From a bacterium (lineage in GTDB: Bacteria; Patescibacteriota; Dojkabacteria; B142; OLB20), in NCBI GenBank assembly GCA_021463645.1, contig JAJTYI010000002.1, positions 12,080-76,079 of the forward strand: 64,000 nt of DNA. The letters are read 5' to 3'. Below the pieces are notes generated by a model. It was given only the letters and a program-made list of their open reading frames with translations. It was not told where the DNA came from and searched no databases. Each line of letters opens with the position of its first letter. Position 1 is the first letter of the stretch. Below, one piece after another: positions 19,958 to 27,337 of this stretch. The translations under genes were made by a program, and so were the position numbers.

Positions 19958-20154
19958 TCTTTGTGTGTCAGAATATAAACAATAGGTAATATTCCGACAG
20001 TATTAAAAATAAAAATCAGAATAAACCATGCGAGATCTTTATTACCACCAGCCCTATATAATGCAATTGCCTTCCAAATCGATTCCCATATTGATAGAAA
20101 TACGAAAAGCGGAATAAGAAAAACTGGGAAATCCTGGAATGCTTCTTCCATCAT
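19954..20154 (-). CDS. Small two-TM membrane protein
   Basis: 66 aa with two hydrophobic helices (..WESIWKAIALYRAGGNKDLAWFILIFIFNTVGILPIVYIL). Confidence 0.5.
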   Translation of the reverse strand: MMEEAFQDFPVFLIPLFVFLSIWESIWKAIALYRAGGNKDLAWFILIFIFNTVGILPIVYILTHKD

Positions 20155-20167
20155 ATATTATTAATAA

Positions 20168-20803
20168 TTAAATCCGACAATAAATGTAGTCTTCCCATTC
20201 TTTGTACCAATCATCAATAGTGGTTTTCTCAAAGTTATGTTGAGCACGTTTGATAAAGTTCAATTTGTTGATAAATTCAATCATTTTTTCAGAAGTGATC
20301 AACTCCAATCCCATACTTTCCATTGTCTTTTGGATTTTATTCTCTTCCGATGCTATATATTCTGGCGAATTATTAGTAGCTAATTTTTCAAAGTCAATAA
20401 TGTAATCATCGTTAAAGAAGTATTTATCAATACTGACAGTATATTCTTTATATAAGAATTCTTTTCTCTCAATATAAACTGAAACACAATAATGACTGCC
20501 CATCTCAGTGAGAATTCCCATCGCATCTTTAATTTCTGACAAATCGAAATGAATCTCAAACTCTTTTCTCGCTACCCCTGAATGCCAGTTTCCTACCTTT
20601 AGTGTTAGAAGACCCTTTTTTCCGTCGGATCGTATCCTAAAATCCCTATCTCCAATGGTGTCTGGTATAAAGTCAGATCGTTGAATTCCAATTATTGTGT
20701 ATCTTTTAAATTGATGAGTGAGTTTACCGTTTTTTGAGAAAAACTTCAGTAAGCCTTCGTATTGACTTTTATCGACTAAGGCTCTTTTTTCTATTTCAAT
20801 CAT
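20168..20803 (-). CDS. CYTH-domain protein (triphosphate tunnel metalloenzyme / class IV cyclase-like)
   Basis: N-terminal IEIEKR (ExExK), FRIRSDG (RxR), LTLKVG, RKEFEIHF (ExE), ERKEFLY and IIDFEKL. Confidence 0.7.
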   Translation of the reverse strand: MIEIEKRALVDKSQYEGLLKFFSKNGKLTHQFKRYTIIGIQRSDFIPDTIGDRDFRIRSDGKKGLLTLKVGNWHSGVARKEFEIHFDLSEIKDAMGILTEMGSHYCVSVYIERKEFLYKEYTVSIDKYFFNDDYIIDFEKLATNNSPEYIASEENKIQKTMESMGLELITSEKMIEFINKLNFIKRAQHNFEKTTIDDWYKEWEDYIYCRI

Positions 20804-21150
20804 CTTGACTTCTTAAATACCTTCATACGAAGGATTTTAATTAAAGTAAAGCCATCTAGAACGAATAGAGAGTAAAAAAGTAACCCGCAAATCAATTTGA
20901 AAACATCGATTTTACCATCGACCCAATAGCTTACAGGCCAACCTCGAAGAACTTCACCGTCTGAACCGTCCGTTTTGATTAAAAGACTTAAAGTTAAGAG
21001 AAGAATAGTCCCAACAATTATTCCGATAATATTCCTACGGGAATGTGCAAGTCGAACTTTAAACAAGAAATAAAGTATGGCATCAAAAAGTGCCATGAAA
21101 ATAATTGCTATCACTACGAGGGAGGAAACTAAAGTATCGAAAGGGTTCAT
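20800..21150 (-). CDS. Small membrane protein, unknown function
   Basis: 116 aa, 3-4 TM helices; 4-nt overlap with the CYTH gene. Confidence 0.45.
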   Translation of the reverse strand: MNPFDTLVSSLVVIAIIFMALFDAILYFLFKVRLAHSRRNIIGIIVGTILLLTLSLLIKTDGSDGEVLRGWPVSYWVDGKIDVFKLICGLLFYSLFVLDGFTLIKILRMKVFKKSR

Positions 21151-21239
21151 ATGTATTGTTAATATGGTTAATTATAGCGGAGGGAATAAATTAATTAAAT
21201 ACCATATTTCTGAGTTTCGTTGTTGTAAGAATTATGTTG

Positions 21240-21245
21240 TATAAT
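21240..21245 (+). promoter_or_regulatory. Candidate -10 box (TGTTGTATAATC context) for the tRNA-Gln locus
   Basis: TATAAT lies about 10 nt upstream of the tRNA-like 5' fragment. The same GTTGTATAATC string recurs at 61965-61976. Confidence 0.4.
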
Positions 21246-21255
21246 CTTAGCGTAT

Positions 21256-21368
21256 TCGGAGATCGTCTAATCTAATGAGGAGTTAGTGAGCTTGAGCGAA
21301 GCGAAAAGCGAACTTATCCGAATTAGCCCCGTAAGCTTACGCAGTTAGCTGTACGGGGTCTATTAGAC
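21256..21368 (+). other. Duplicate of the first 16 nt of tRNA-Gln fused to a Y-shaped structured insert
   Basis: TCGGAGATCGTCTAAT (21256-21271) is identical to tRNA positions 21417-21432. It is followed by nested stems GTCTAAT/ATTAGAC, CTAAT/ATTAG and CCCCGTA/TACGGGG. Confidence 0.5.
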
Positions 21369-21416
21369 AAGACAAGCAAATAAATAAGGCATAGTATTTA
21401 AACTGTAAAAAATTAA

Positions 21417-21487
21417 TCGGAGATCGTCTAATGGTAGGACAACAGTTTCTGAAGCTGTTTATCTAGGTTCGAGCCCTAGTCTCCGAA
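21417..21487 (+). tRNA. tRNA-Gln (anticodon CUG)
   Basis: Hand-folded cloverleaf: acceptor TCGGAGA/TCTCCGA, D arm GTCT..GGAC, anticodon arm ACAGT-TTCTGAA-GCTGT, T arm CTAGG-TTCGAGC-CCTAG. No encoded CCA. Confidence 0.9.
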
Positions 21488-21988
21488 TTTTGTTTTTTAA
21501 TTATTAAATACCTTAATTTCTACATTTTAATATTAGGTTCTCCCTTACAACTTATACGGAAACTCGTTAGTGAAAGGGATTAACCAGCAGTAATGTTCGA
21601 TAAATCTCACAAACTGCTGCTAAAGAGCCCCTGTCTGCCGACAGGCAGGCTAGTCTCCGAATTTTGTAAATTAAATATTAATTTAATTAGTTCATTTTAA
21701 TCCTAGGTTCTCCCTTACAACTTATACGGAAACTCGTTAGTGAAAGGGATTAACCAGCAGTATTGTTCGATAAATCTCACAAACTGCTGCTAAAGAGCCC
21801 CTGTCTGCCGACAGGCAGGCTAGTCTCCGAATTTCTTTAAGAACAGATAAATCTATAATTCAAAAGGTATTTCTTTGGTTCTCCCTCACTCTGGTAGAGG
21901 GAGGGACTAACCAGCAGTAATGTTCGGTCTTACCTCACAAACTGCTGCTAAAGAGCACCTGTCTGCCAACAGGCAGGCTAGTCTCTGA
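21488..21988 (+). repeat. Three tandem units (period about 170-173 bp), each ending in a T-loop-interrupted copy of the tRNA-Gln 3' end
   Basis: Units are 21534-21660, 21704-21830 (one mismatch to unit 1) and 21877-21988 (diverged). Each reads (CTA)GGTTC + hairpin-rich insert + CTAGTCTCCGAATTT. In unit 3 the first hairpin is replaced by a different perfectly paired stem. Confidence 0.85.
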
Positions 21989-22013
21989 ATTTAATTCTTA
22001 AAAATTGCCCCTA

Positions 22014-22373
22014 ATGATGAACACCAACAAAAACATTAACTCCATTGATGAATATATAGGTCAGTATGACATTGATATTCAAGAAAAATTAACCAAGATA
22101 AGAGACTTTCTAAGACCACTAATTCCAGATGTTGAAGAAGCAATGACATACGGTATACCAACGTTTAAATCTAAAGGAAAAAATATTTCCCATTTCGCTA
22201 ACTATGAATCCCATATTGGATTGTATCCCGGCTCTAGTGCAGTTGAAGAATTTAAGGATAAATTAAACGACTTTAAAATTTCAAAAGGAACAATTCAGAT
22301 AAAGCACGATCAAGACCTTCCATTCGAATTGATAAAACAAATGGTCAAATTTAATCTGGAGAATCTAGAGTAA
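22014..22373 (+). CDS. DUF1801 (YdhG-like) domain protein
   Basis: SIDEYI....IQEKLTKIRDFLRPLIPDVEEAMTYGIPTFK is the pattern of the YdhG/DUF1801 family. Start moved to ATG 22014. Confidence 0.6.
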   Translation: MMNTNKNINSIDEYIGQYDIDIQEKLTKIRDFLRPLIPDVEEAMTYGIPTFKSKGKNISHFANYESHIGLYPGSSAVEEFKDKLNDFKISKGTIQIKHDQDLPFELIKQMVKFNLENLE

Positions 22374-22382
22374 CAGGGCTTT

Positions 22383-22769
22383 TTAGCGACTTCGTTTTGT
22401 ATAGGCTCTCCATAACATCCTGATGAATGAAATAGGTAGCATAGCTAACATTATGTAATAAATCGTTTCCTCTGTCTTATCTTTTGCACCTTGTTCAAGC
22501 AAATACAAAAAGATGAAAAAGAAAAGCGCATGCAATAGAACGAAGAGTAATAAAATTGGAATAAACTGAACCTCCCCTCTAAAAGCCTTTACGAAGGCAT
22601 CCCACATATTCATAGAAACAGATTTTCTGATTCTTATACTTTGTGGATTTTCTTCAATTATAGGTTCATTCTCTTTTCCTTGATCATATTTTCCAGTTAA
22701 TAGAAAAAACATAATTGAGAGAAATGATAAGAAGGTTAAAACTCCGATGATTACTACGAAAGTTAACAT
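22383..22769 (-). CDS. Membrane protein, unknown function
   Basis: 128 aa with an N-terminal TM and two C-terminal TMs. Confidence 0.45.
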   Translation of the reverse strand: MLTFVVIIGVLTFLSFLSIMFFLLTGKYDQGKENEPIIEENPQSIRIRKSVSMNMWDAFVKAFRGEVQFIPILLLFVLLHALFFFIFLYLLEQGAKDKTEETIYYIMLAMLPISFIRMLWRAYTKRSR

Positions 22770-22838
22770 ATTTAAGAAATATAATTGTTAAATTTTAACA
22801 TGTTACTGGGATAATAAAAATGGAATTTATATGGTGTA

Positions 22839-23855
22839 TTAGCTTTCGTTTTTATCCTCTTTGCCCCCTTCATTAGGCAATATCTTATTTAACAGTGTAA
22901 TAATATTTCCCCATCTACGTTCCATATCATCCAAAAATTTCGGATCAATCGGCTTAATTTTCTTTGGTGCATAAGGATTCCATTCCTTTCTAGGTCTAGA
23001 AGTGACAGTGGGATCTGATTGTTTTTCATCCCCATCCCATGATACGCTAACACGCCCTCCGCCTTCTGACTTCTGTGGAATCAAATTTCGTAGAAATGCA
23101 GAAAGTAACATACCAGCACCTAACACAAGAGCAATTCCTGCTGCCGCTAATGCCCGTCTTTCATGAGGGGTAAGATTATCTAAACTAAATCCTTTTTGTT
23201 CTCCGTTTAAATTCCCGTTAGATGAACTTGGTGTAACTGCTGGAGTGGGTGCAGGGATTGATTCTGCAACAAGGGGCGCTGGATTAGGAATACCACCAAC
23301 CGGATGGATAACAGAAACAAATTTATCATCAGTGAAACAAACATTCCCTGCACCATCAACTCCTAACAAAGCGCCTTTAGAGAGTGCATATTCACAGGTT
23401 AGCACGACAGGATTTATACCCTCATCATTACTCTCACAATAATAAGGCCCATTAGGATGTAGAACAAACGGCGCTATTCCGTTTTCCCCAGGCTGAACTG
23501 CATCTTCACAATCGATTTCTACAGGTCGATCAGGTTGTTGATATTCGACCAAAGCAGTAGGGACAACCGCCATGAGCGTAGACATCATAGGCGAAAATAC
23601 TGAGCTAATTTCTCCATTTTTCATATCCAAAGCGAAAAGTTGTAAACCAGCCTTCATGGATCCCATGTCTTCCCTGAAATCCGCTTGTAGAGTTCCACCT
23701 GTTAGATATTGCATAAGTCTTCTTCCCCAACTATCTGGAGCAACACCAGTGCTTGTTACCGGATTTTCAAGTTGGGCATTATCAGGTTTAGGTAAACGCC
23801 TTCCAGAGAAAATTAAAGTATCTACCATTAGCTTGTAAACATTAATTAAAGCCAT
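22839..23855 (-). CDS. Single-pass membrane protein, unknown function; visibly more G+C-rich than its neighbours
   Basis: 338-aa ORF. One TM (AAAGIALVLGAGMLLSAFL) after a Pro/Thr linker. Long antisense ORFs reflect the composition shift. Confidence 0.5.
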   Translation of the reverse strand: MALINVYKLMVDTLIFSGRRLPKPDNAQLENPVTSTGVAPDSWGRRLMQYLTGGTLQADFREDMGSMKAGLQLFALDMKNGEISSVFSPMMSTLMAVVPTALVEYQQPDRPVEIDCEDAVQPGENGIAPFVLHPNGPYYCESNDEGINPVVLTCEYALSKGALLGVDGAGNVCFTDDKFVSVIHPVGGIPNPAPLVAESIPAPTPAVTPSSSNGNLNGEQKGFSLDNLTPHERRALAAAGIALVLGAGMLLSAFLRNLIPQKSEGGGRVSVSWDGDEKQSDPTVTSRPRKEWNPYAPKKIKPIDPKFLDDMERRWGNIITLLNKILPNEGGKEDKNES

Positions 23856-24014
23856 TATACATCCTTAAAGCTATAGATTCAATATATATCGCATTCCTTT
23901 GTAGATAATAAGTCGAGTATATTGTTTTAATTGAAGAGGGAGAAATGAGTTTTATTCATAAGAAATTTAAAAAAAGCGAACTTCTGGAAAAAGTCATAAC
24001 TAATTCCCAAAGAT

Positions 24015-24473
24015 TTATTCCGTGTGAGATGAGTCTTTTAACAAAAAGATACAAATAAAGAAGAGACTAATTAAAGCATATATAATTGCCAAAACCCCGT
24101 AATTTATTGGAACCTCCAAAGTTATCAAAGCAACTACAACTATATTAAATACCATAACTACGAAACTATTAACTTTTAATTCAGAACCTCGTCCAGGAAT
24201 CAGGTTAGTCCCAATCAACATCGTAACTCCGAAGTTATAAATGTAATCGAAAGGGTGTAAGGGGAGCTTTATGCCGAGGAATGCAATTAATGCTACTATT
24301 ATAAGTATGAATGAATTACCTAATAATATACCAGTAATGACTAACAATATTTGTACCGGGTAACTAAACCTGATACCGTATTGCACGCTCTTCTTATCTG
24401 ATATTAATCTACATGCTATCCACTTCGAGAAAAATCGTTCTTTAATTTTTCCTAATAAGTCTTCCGTTTTCAT
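24015..24473 (-). CDS. Polytopic membrane protein, unknown function
   Basis: 152 aa, 4 predicted TM helices. Confidence 0.5.
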   Translation of the reverse strand: MKTEDLLGKIKERFFSKWIACRLISDKKSVQYGIRFSYPVQILLVITGILLGNSFILIIVALIAFLGIKLPLHPFDYIYNFGVTMLIGTNLIPGRGSELKVNSFVVMVFNIVVVALITLEVPINYGVLAIIYALISLFFICIFLLKDSSHTE

Positions 24474-24510
24474 TAGCTCGTATACTTGTGCTGAAGAAAT
24501 TGGTTTTGTT

Positions 24511-24568
24511 CGGCTAAGAGATGTGAGCCCTGATTTTCATCAGGATAAACTCCATCGAACCGCCTAAT
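24511..24568 (-). repeat. Distal degenerate T-arm-like fragment with hairpin
   Basis: The minus-sense sequence GGCGGTTCGATGGAG is followed by the hairpin CCTGAT-GAAA-ATCAGG. It shares GGTTCGATGGAG with the proximal element. Confidence 0.5.
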
Positions 24569-24584
24569 GAAATTGTATACAAAA

Positions 24585-24641
24585 AGCGGGCGATCCCTCC
24601 CTAAGAATTTGGGAGGGACAGGCTCCATCGAACCCGTATCC
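24585..24641 (-). repeat. T-loop-interrupted copy of the tRNA-Gly 3' end
   Basis: The minus-sense sequence starts GGATACGGGTTCGAT, identical to the tRNA. A roughly 33-nt insert with hairpin TCCCTCCC..GGGAGGGA follows. It ends TCGCCCGCTTTTTGTA, identical to the tRNA 3' end plus trailer. Confidence 0.8.
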
Positions 24642-24655
24642 ATTTATTTACAAAA

Positions 24656-24727
24656 AGCGGGCGACGGGAATCGAACCCGTATCCTTGGTTTGGAAAACCA
24701 ATATAATGACCGCTATACTACGCCCGC
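24656..24727 (-). tRNA. tRNA-Gly (anticodon UCC)
   Basis: Hand-folded cloverleaf: acceptor GCGGGCG/CGCCCGC, anticodon arm TTGGT-TTTCCAA-ACCAA, T arm CGGGT-TCGATTC-CCGTC. No encoded CCA. Confidence 0.9.
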
Positions 24728-24789
24728 TTTTTTTAAAGAACAGCCAATTATAACTAATTATCGTCAGATTATAAAGTGGGAGTTATTTA

Positions 24790-25251
24790 TTAATTCACAA
24801 TTCTGGTAGGTCCGACAGTGTCTGTTATTGCTTCTGTTGGAGTTGGAGTCTGAGTGGGTCTGGGTGTTGAAGTAGGTGGGACCTTAGTTGGAATAGAAGT
24901 TGGGACCGGTGTGATTGTGGGTGTATGCCTTTCGAAGTCATCGAGATACCCCTCAATTATCTGATCAAGATGAGATCTTTCGATAAGTCTATCTAATAAT
25001 GGAATATTTTCTGCTGATTGAACAAAATTCGAGAATCCAGTTAGAAACAATGCAAAGCCAATACTTGCTCCAATAGCAGTGAAAACACCATTTAATAATC
25101 CTCTTAAAATCACGTTTCGCTTACGATTTACATTCGTAAGTTTATTGAGATTTTTGTTTAATTCAATTATTTCGTATTTTAAGGTATTACCGTTTTGATA
25201 CACACCTTGTGTAGGAATCGGCTTTTTTGGTCCTGGAGCAGTATCTTGCAT
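24790..25251 (-). CDS. Membrane-anchored protein with Pro/Thr-rich C-terminus, unknown function
   Basis: One TM (VFTAIGASIGFALFLTGF) and the C-terminal tail TPVPTSIPTKVPPTSTPRPTQTPTPT. Confidence 0.5.
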   Translation of the reverse strand: MQDTAPGPKKPIPTQGVYQNGNTLKYEIIELNKNLNKLTNVNRKRNVILRGLLNGVFTAIGASIGFALFLTGFSNFVQSAENIPLLDRLIERSHLDQIIEGYLDDFERHTPTITPVPTSIPTKVPPTSTPRPTQTPTPTEAITDTVGPTRIVN

Positions 25252-27062
25252 TAATTAAGTTTTATATCTAAATTTCTCCCCTTTATATTATTTAACAACT
25301 TTTCAGAAAATTCAGCAAATTTAAGATCTTTAACTTCTTCACCATCACGGTACCTCAAAGACACTGTCTCCTCTGCTTCCTCTCTTTTACCAACGATTAA
25401 CATATACGGAACTTTTTGTTCCTGTGCTAAGCGAATTTTATTTTGCATTCTTTCGCTATCTGTATCAACCTTAACTCTAACTCCATTCTTTTCAAGTTCT
25501 TCTTCTAACTTTTCTGCATATGTATTATTTTGGTCAGAGATAGGAATGATTTGCACCTGAACTGGTGATAGCCAAGCTGGGAAAGCACCTGCAACATGTT
25601 CTATTAGTACTGACAAAAATCTTTCAATCGAACCCATTATTGCAGCATGAATCATGAAGATCTGCTCTTCTTTGCCCTCTTCGCTTATACAATGTAATTG
25701 GAATCTAACAGGCATATTTAAATCTAATTGAATTGTAGCAACTTGATGTTTTCTGCCTATAGAATCCTCTGCAAGGAAATCAAGCTTAGGAGCATAGAAC
25801 GCAGCCTCACCTCGTGCCACAAAATATTCAACATTTCTGCTTTTTGCAATTTCTTCCATCTCAGCTTCAGCATAGTCCCAAACTTTGTCATCCCCAAGGT
25901 ATTTATCTTTGTTATCCAAATCCCTAAAAGATAACGACACCTCTAAAGGCATACCTAATGTTGAATATAATCCATCGACAATATCCCAAATGTGATTTAT
26001 TTCTTCACGAATCTGACTTTTCCTTAAGAATACGTGCGCATCATCTTGGGTTATTGAAATAACCCGGGATAATCCTGATAATTCTCCACTTTGCTCTGCT
26101 CGATATACCATTGTGGTTTCGGCATATCTCTGAGGCATATCTCTATAACTCCTTGGGATATGAGCGAAGATTTGAGTGTGATGAGGGCAATTCATTGGCT
26201 TAATTGCCATTTCTTCACCATCTCTGGTCTGTAACCGGAACAAATCTTCAGCATATTTGGTCCAATGTCCACTTGTCTCATAGAGTGCTTTTTTGGTGAT
26301 ATGTGGAACAGTAACCTTCTCGTAGCCTTTGGCTTTTCTTAATTCCCATACATATTGATCTAATAAATCCCGGAGAATTGTTCCTTTTGGTGTCCACATT
26401 GGCAACCCTGGACCGACCAATTCCGAGAAAGTAAACAAATCAAGTTGTTGACCAAGTTTTCGATGGTCTCGCTTTTTTGCTTCTTCTTTTTGCCATAGAT
26501 ATTTTTCCAATTCTTCCTTAGAGAAAAATGCTGTGCCATAAACTCGAGTCAACATTTCATTTTTCTCATCTCCTTTCCAATATGCTCCTGCAATGTTTAG
26601 AACTTTAAAAGCCTTAATTTCACCTGTCGAATCAACATGAGGACCTTTACATAAATCGACAAATACATCGCCAGTATGATAAACAGACAAACTCTCACCA
26701 CTTTTTACAAATTCTGTTATAAGCTCTTGTTTGAAAGGATTATCTTTGAATATTTCTCTAGCTTCTTCTTCAGAAACATCTTTCCTGTTTATTGGTAGAT
26801 CTGCATCAATAATTTCTTGCATTTTAGCTTCAATATTCTCGAAATCTTCTTCGGTTGGTGCTACTTCCCATCTAGAGTCATTGTAAAATCCATCGGCGAT
26901 TGCAGGACCGATTGCTCTTTGAATTTTTCCCGGCCAGATCTCTTCAATTGCTTGATTAAAAACATGCTCAGTTGTATGTCTTAATTTGTAAAGTTTGAAA
27001 TCTTCCTCATTTCTCACATAGTCAGGAACTAGATTTTTAAAATCTTCATATTTGTCGTTCAT
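25251..27062 (-). CDS. thrS: Threonyl-tRNA synthetase (no N-terminal TGS domain)
   Basis: The editing-domain motif RHTTEHVFNQAIEEIWP sits at residues about 28-44, so the TGS domain is absent. Class II catalytic core and C-terminal anticodon-binding domain are present. Confidence 0.9.
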   Translation of the reverse strand: MNDKYEDFKNLVPDYVRNEEDFKLYKLRHTTEHVFNQAIEEIWPGKIQRAIGPAIADGFYNDSRWEVAPTEEDFENIEAKMQEIIDADLPINRKDVSEEEAREIFKDNPFKQELITEFVKSGESLSVYHTGDVFVDLCKGPHVDSTGEIKAFKVLNIAGAYWKGDEKNEMLTRVYGTAFFSKEELEKYLWQKEEAKKRDHRKLGQQLDLFTFSELVGPGLPMWTPKGTILRDLLDQYVWELRKAKGYEKVTVPHITKKALYETSGHWTKYAEDLFRLQTRDGEEMAIKPMNCPHHTQIFAHIPRSYRDMPQRYAETTMVYRAEQSGELSGLSRVISITQDDAHVFLRKSQIREEINHIWDIVDGLYSTLGMPLEVSLSFRDLDNKDKYLGDDKVWDYAEAEMEEIAKSRNVEYFVARGEAAFYAPKLDFLAEDSIGRKHQVATIQLDLNMPVRFQLHCISEEGKEEQIFMIHAAIMGSIERFLSVLIEHVAGAFPAWLSPVQVQIIPISDQNNTYAEKLEEELEKNGVRVKVDTDSERMQNKIRLAQEQKVPYMLIVGKREEAEETVSLRYRDGEEVKDLKFAEFSEKLLNNIKGRNLDIKLN

Positions 27063-27117
27063 CGAAAATTTATAATAATTAATTTTTATGTCTCATTAGC
27101 ACATAAACCATACAAAT

Positions 27118-27262
27118 GCTAAAAGACCCTTTACTCATCTATTAATAGATTAGTCAAGGGTCTTCGAGGACGGTTCCACCTTTAGTTTAACTTTAGGTAA
27201 TATTTAATTGTATGGTATGAACTTTTTAGAAAATTTTCACCAATATTTTCTTCTCTGCATTT
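27118..27262 (-). promoter_or_regulatory. T-box-like leader upstream of thrS
   Basis: Minus-sense AGAGA, an ACC-A triplet context and the T-box-like sequence AAAGGUGGAACCGUC. The antiterminator can be drawn as AAGG[UGGAACC]GUC-CUCGAA-GAC-CCUU. It competes with the long hairpin GAAGACCCUU..AAGGGUCUUUU. Confidence 0.45.
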
Positions 27263-27337
27263 TTAATTTAGTGTATATTATAAACAATTTGATAGTACAA
27301 AATCAAAAAAGTAATTTATACCAAGTGAAACTGTCCA

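Noticed and set aside
21256-21368. tmRNA, or an intron-containing or split tRNA gene
   Set aside because: The acceptor sequence lacks the G-U identity pair of tmRNA and there is no tag reading frame. No anticodon or T arm follows the insert, so it cannot be spliced into a complete tRNA.
21488-21988. Possible CRISPR array because of tandem repeats near tRNA-Gln
   Set aside because: The period is about 170 bp and the units are homologous over their whole length, spacers included. There is no alternation of 25-40-bp repeats with unique spacers, and no cas genes are in the window.
23245-23838. Two plus-strand ORFs (23245-23442, 23572-23838)
   Set aside because: They are antisense to the 338-aa gene. 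They are explained by the locally higher G+C content reducing stop-codon frequency.
24520-24548. Hammerhead-ribozyme-like words CUGAUGA and GAAA on the minus strand
   Set aside because: The two words are simply the arm and loop of one hairpin (CCTGAT-GAAA-ATCAGG). No three-stem junction or cleavage-site context can be drawn.
24567-24809. 80-aa plus-strand ORF
   Set aside because: It runs straight through tRNA-Gly and its repeat fragments on the opposite strand, so it is an artefact of the RNA locus.
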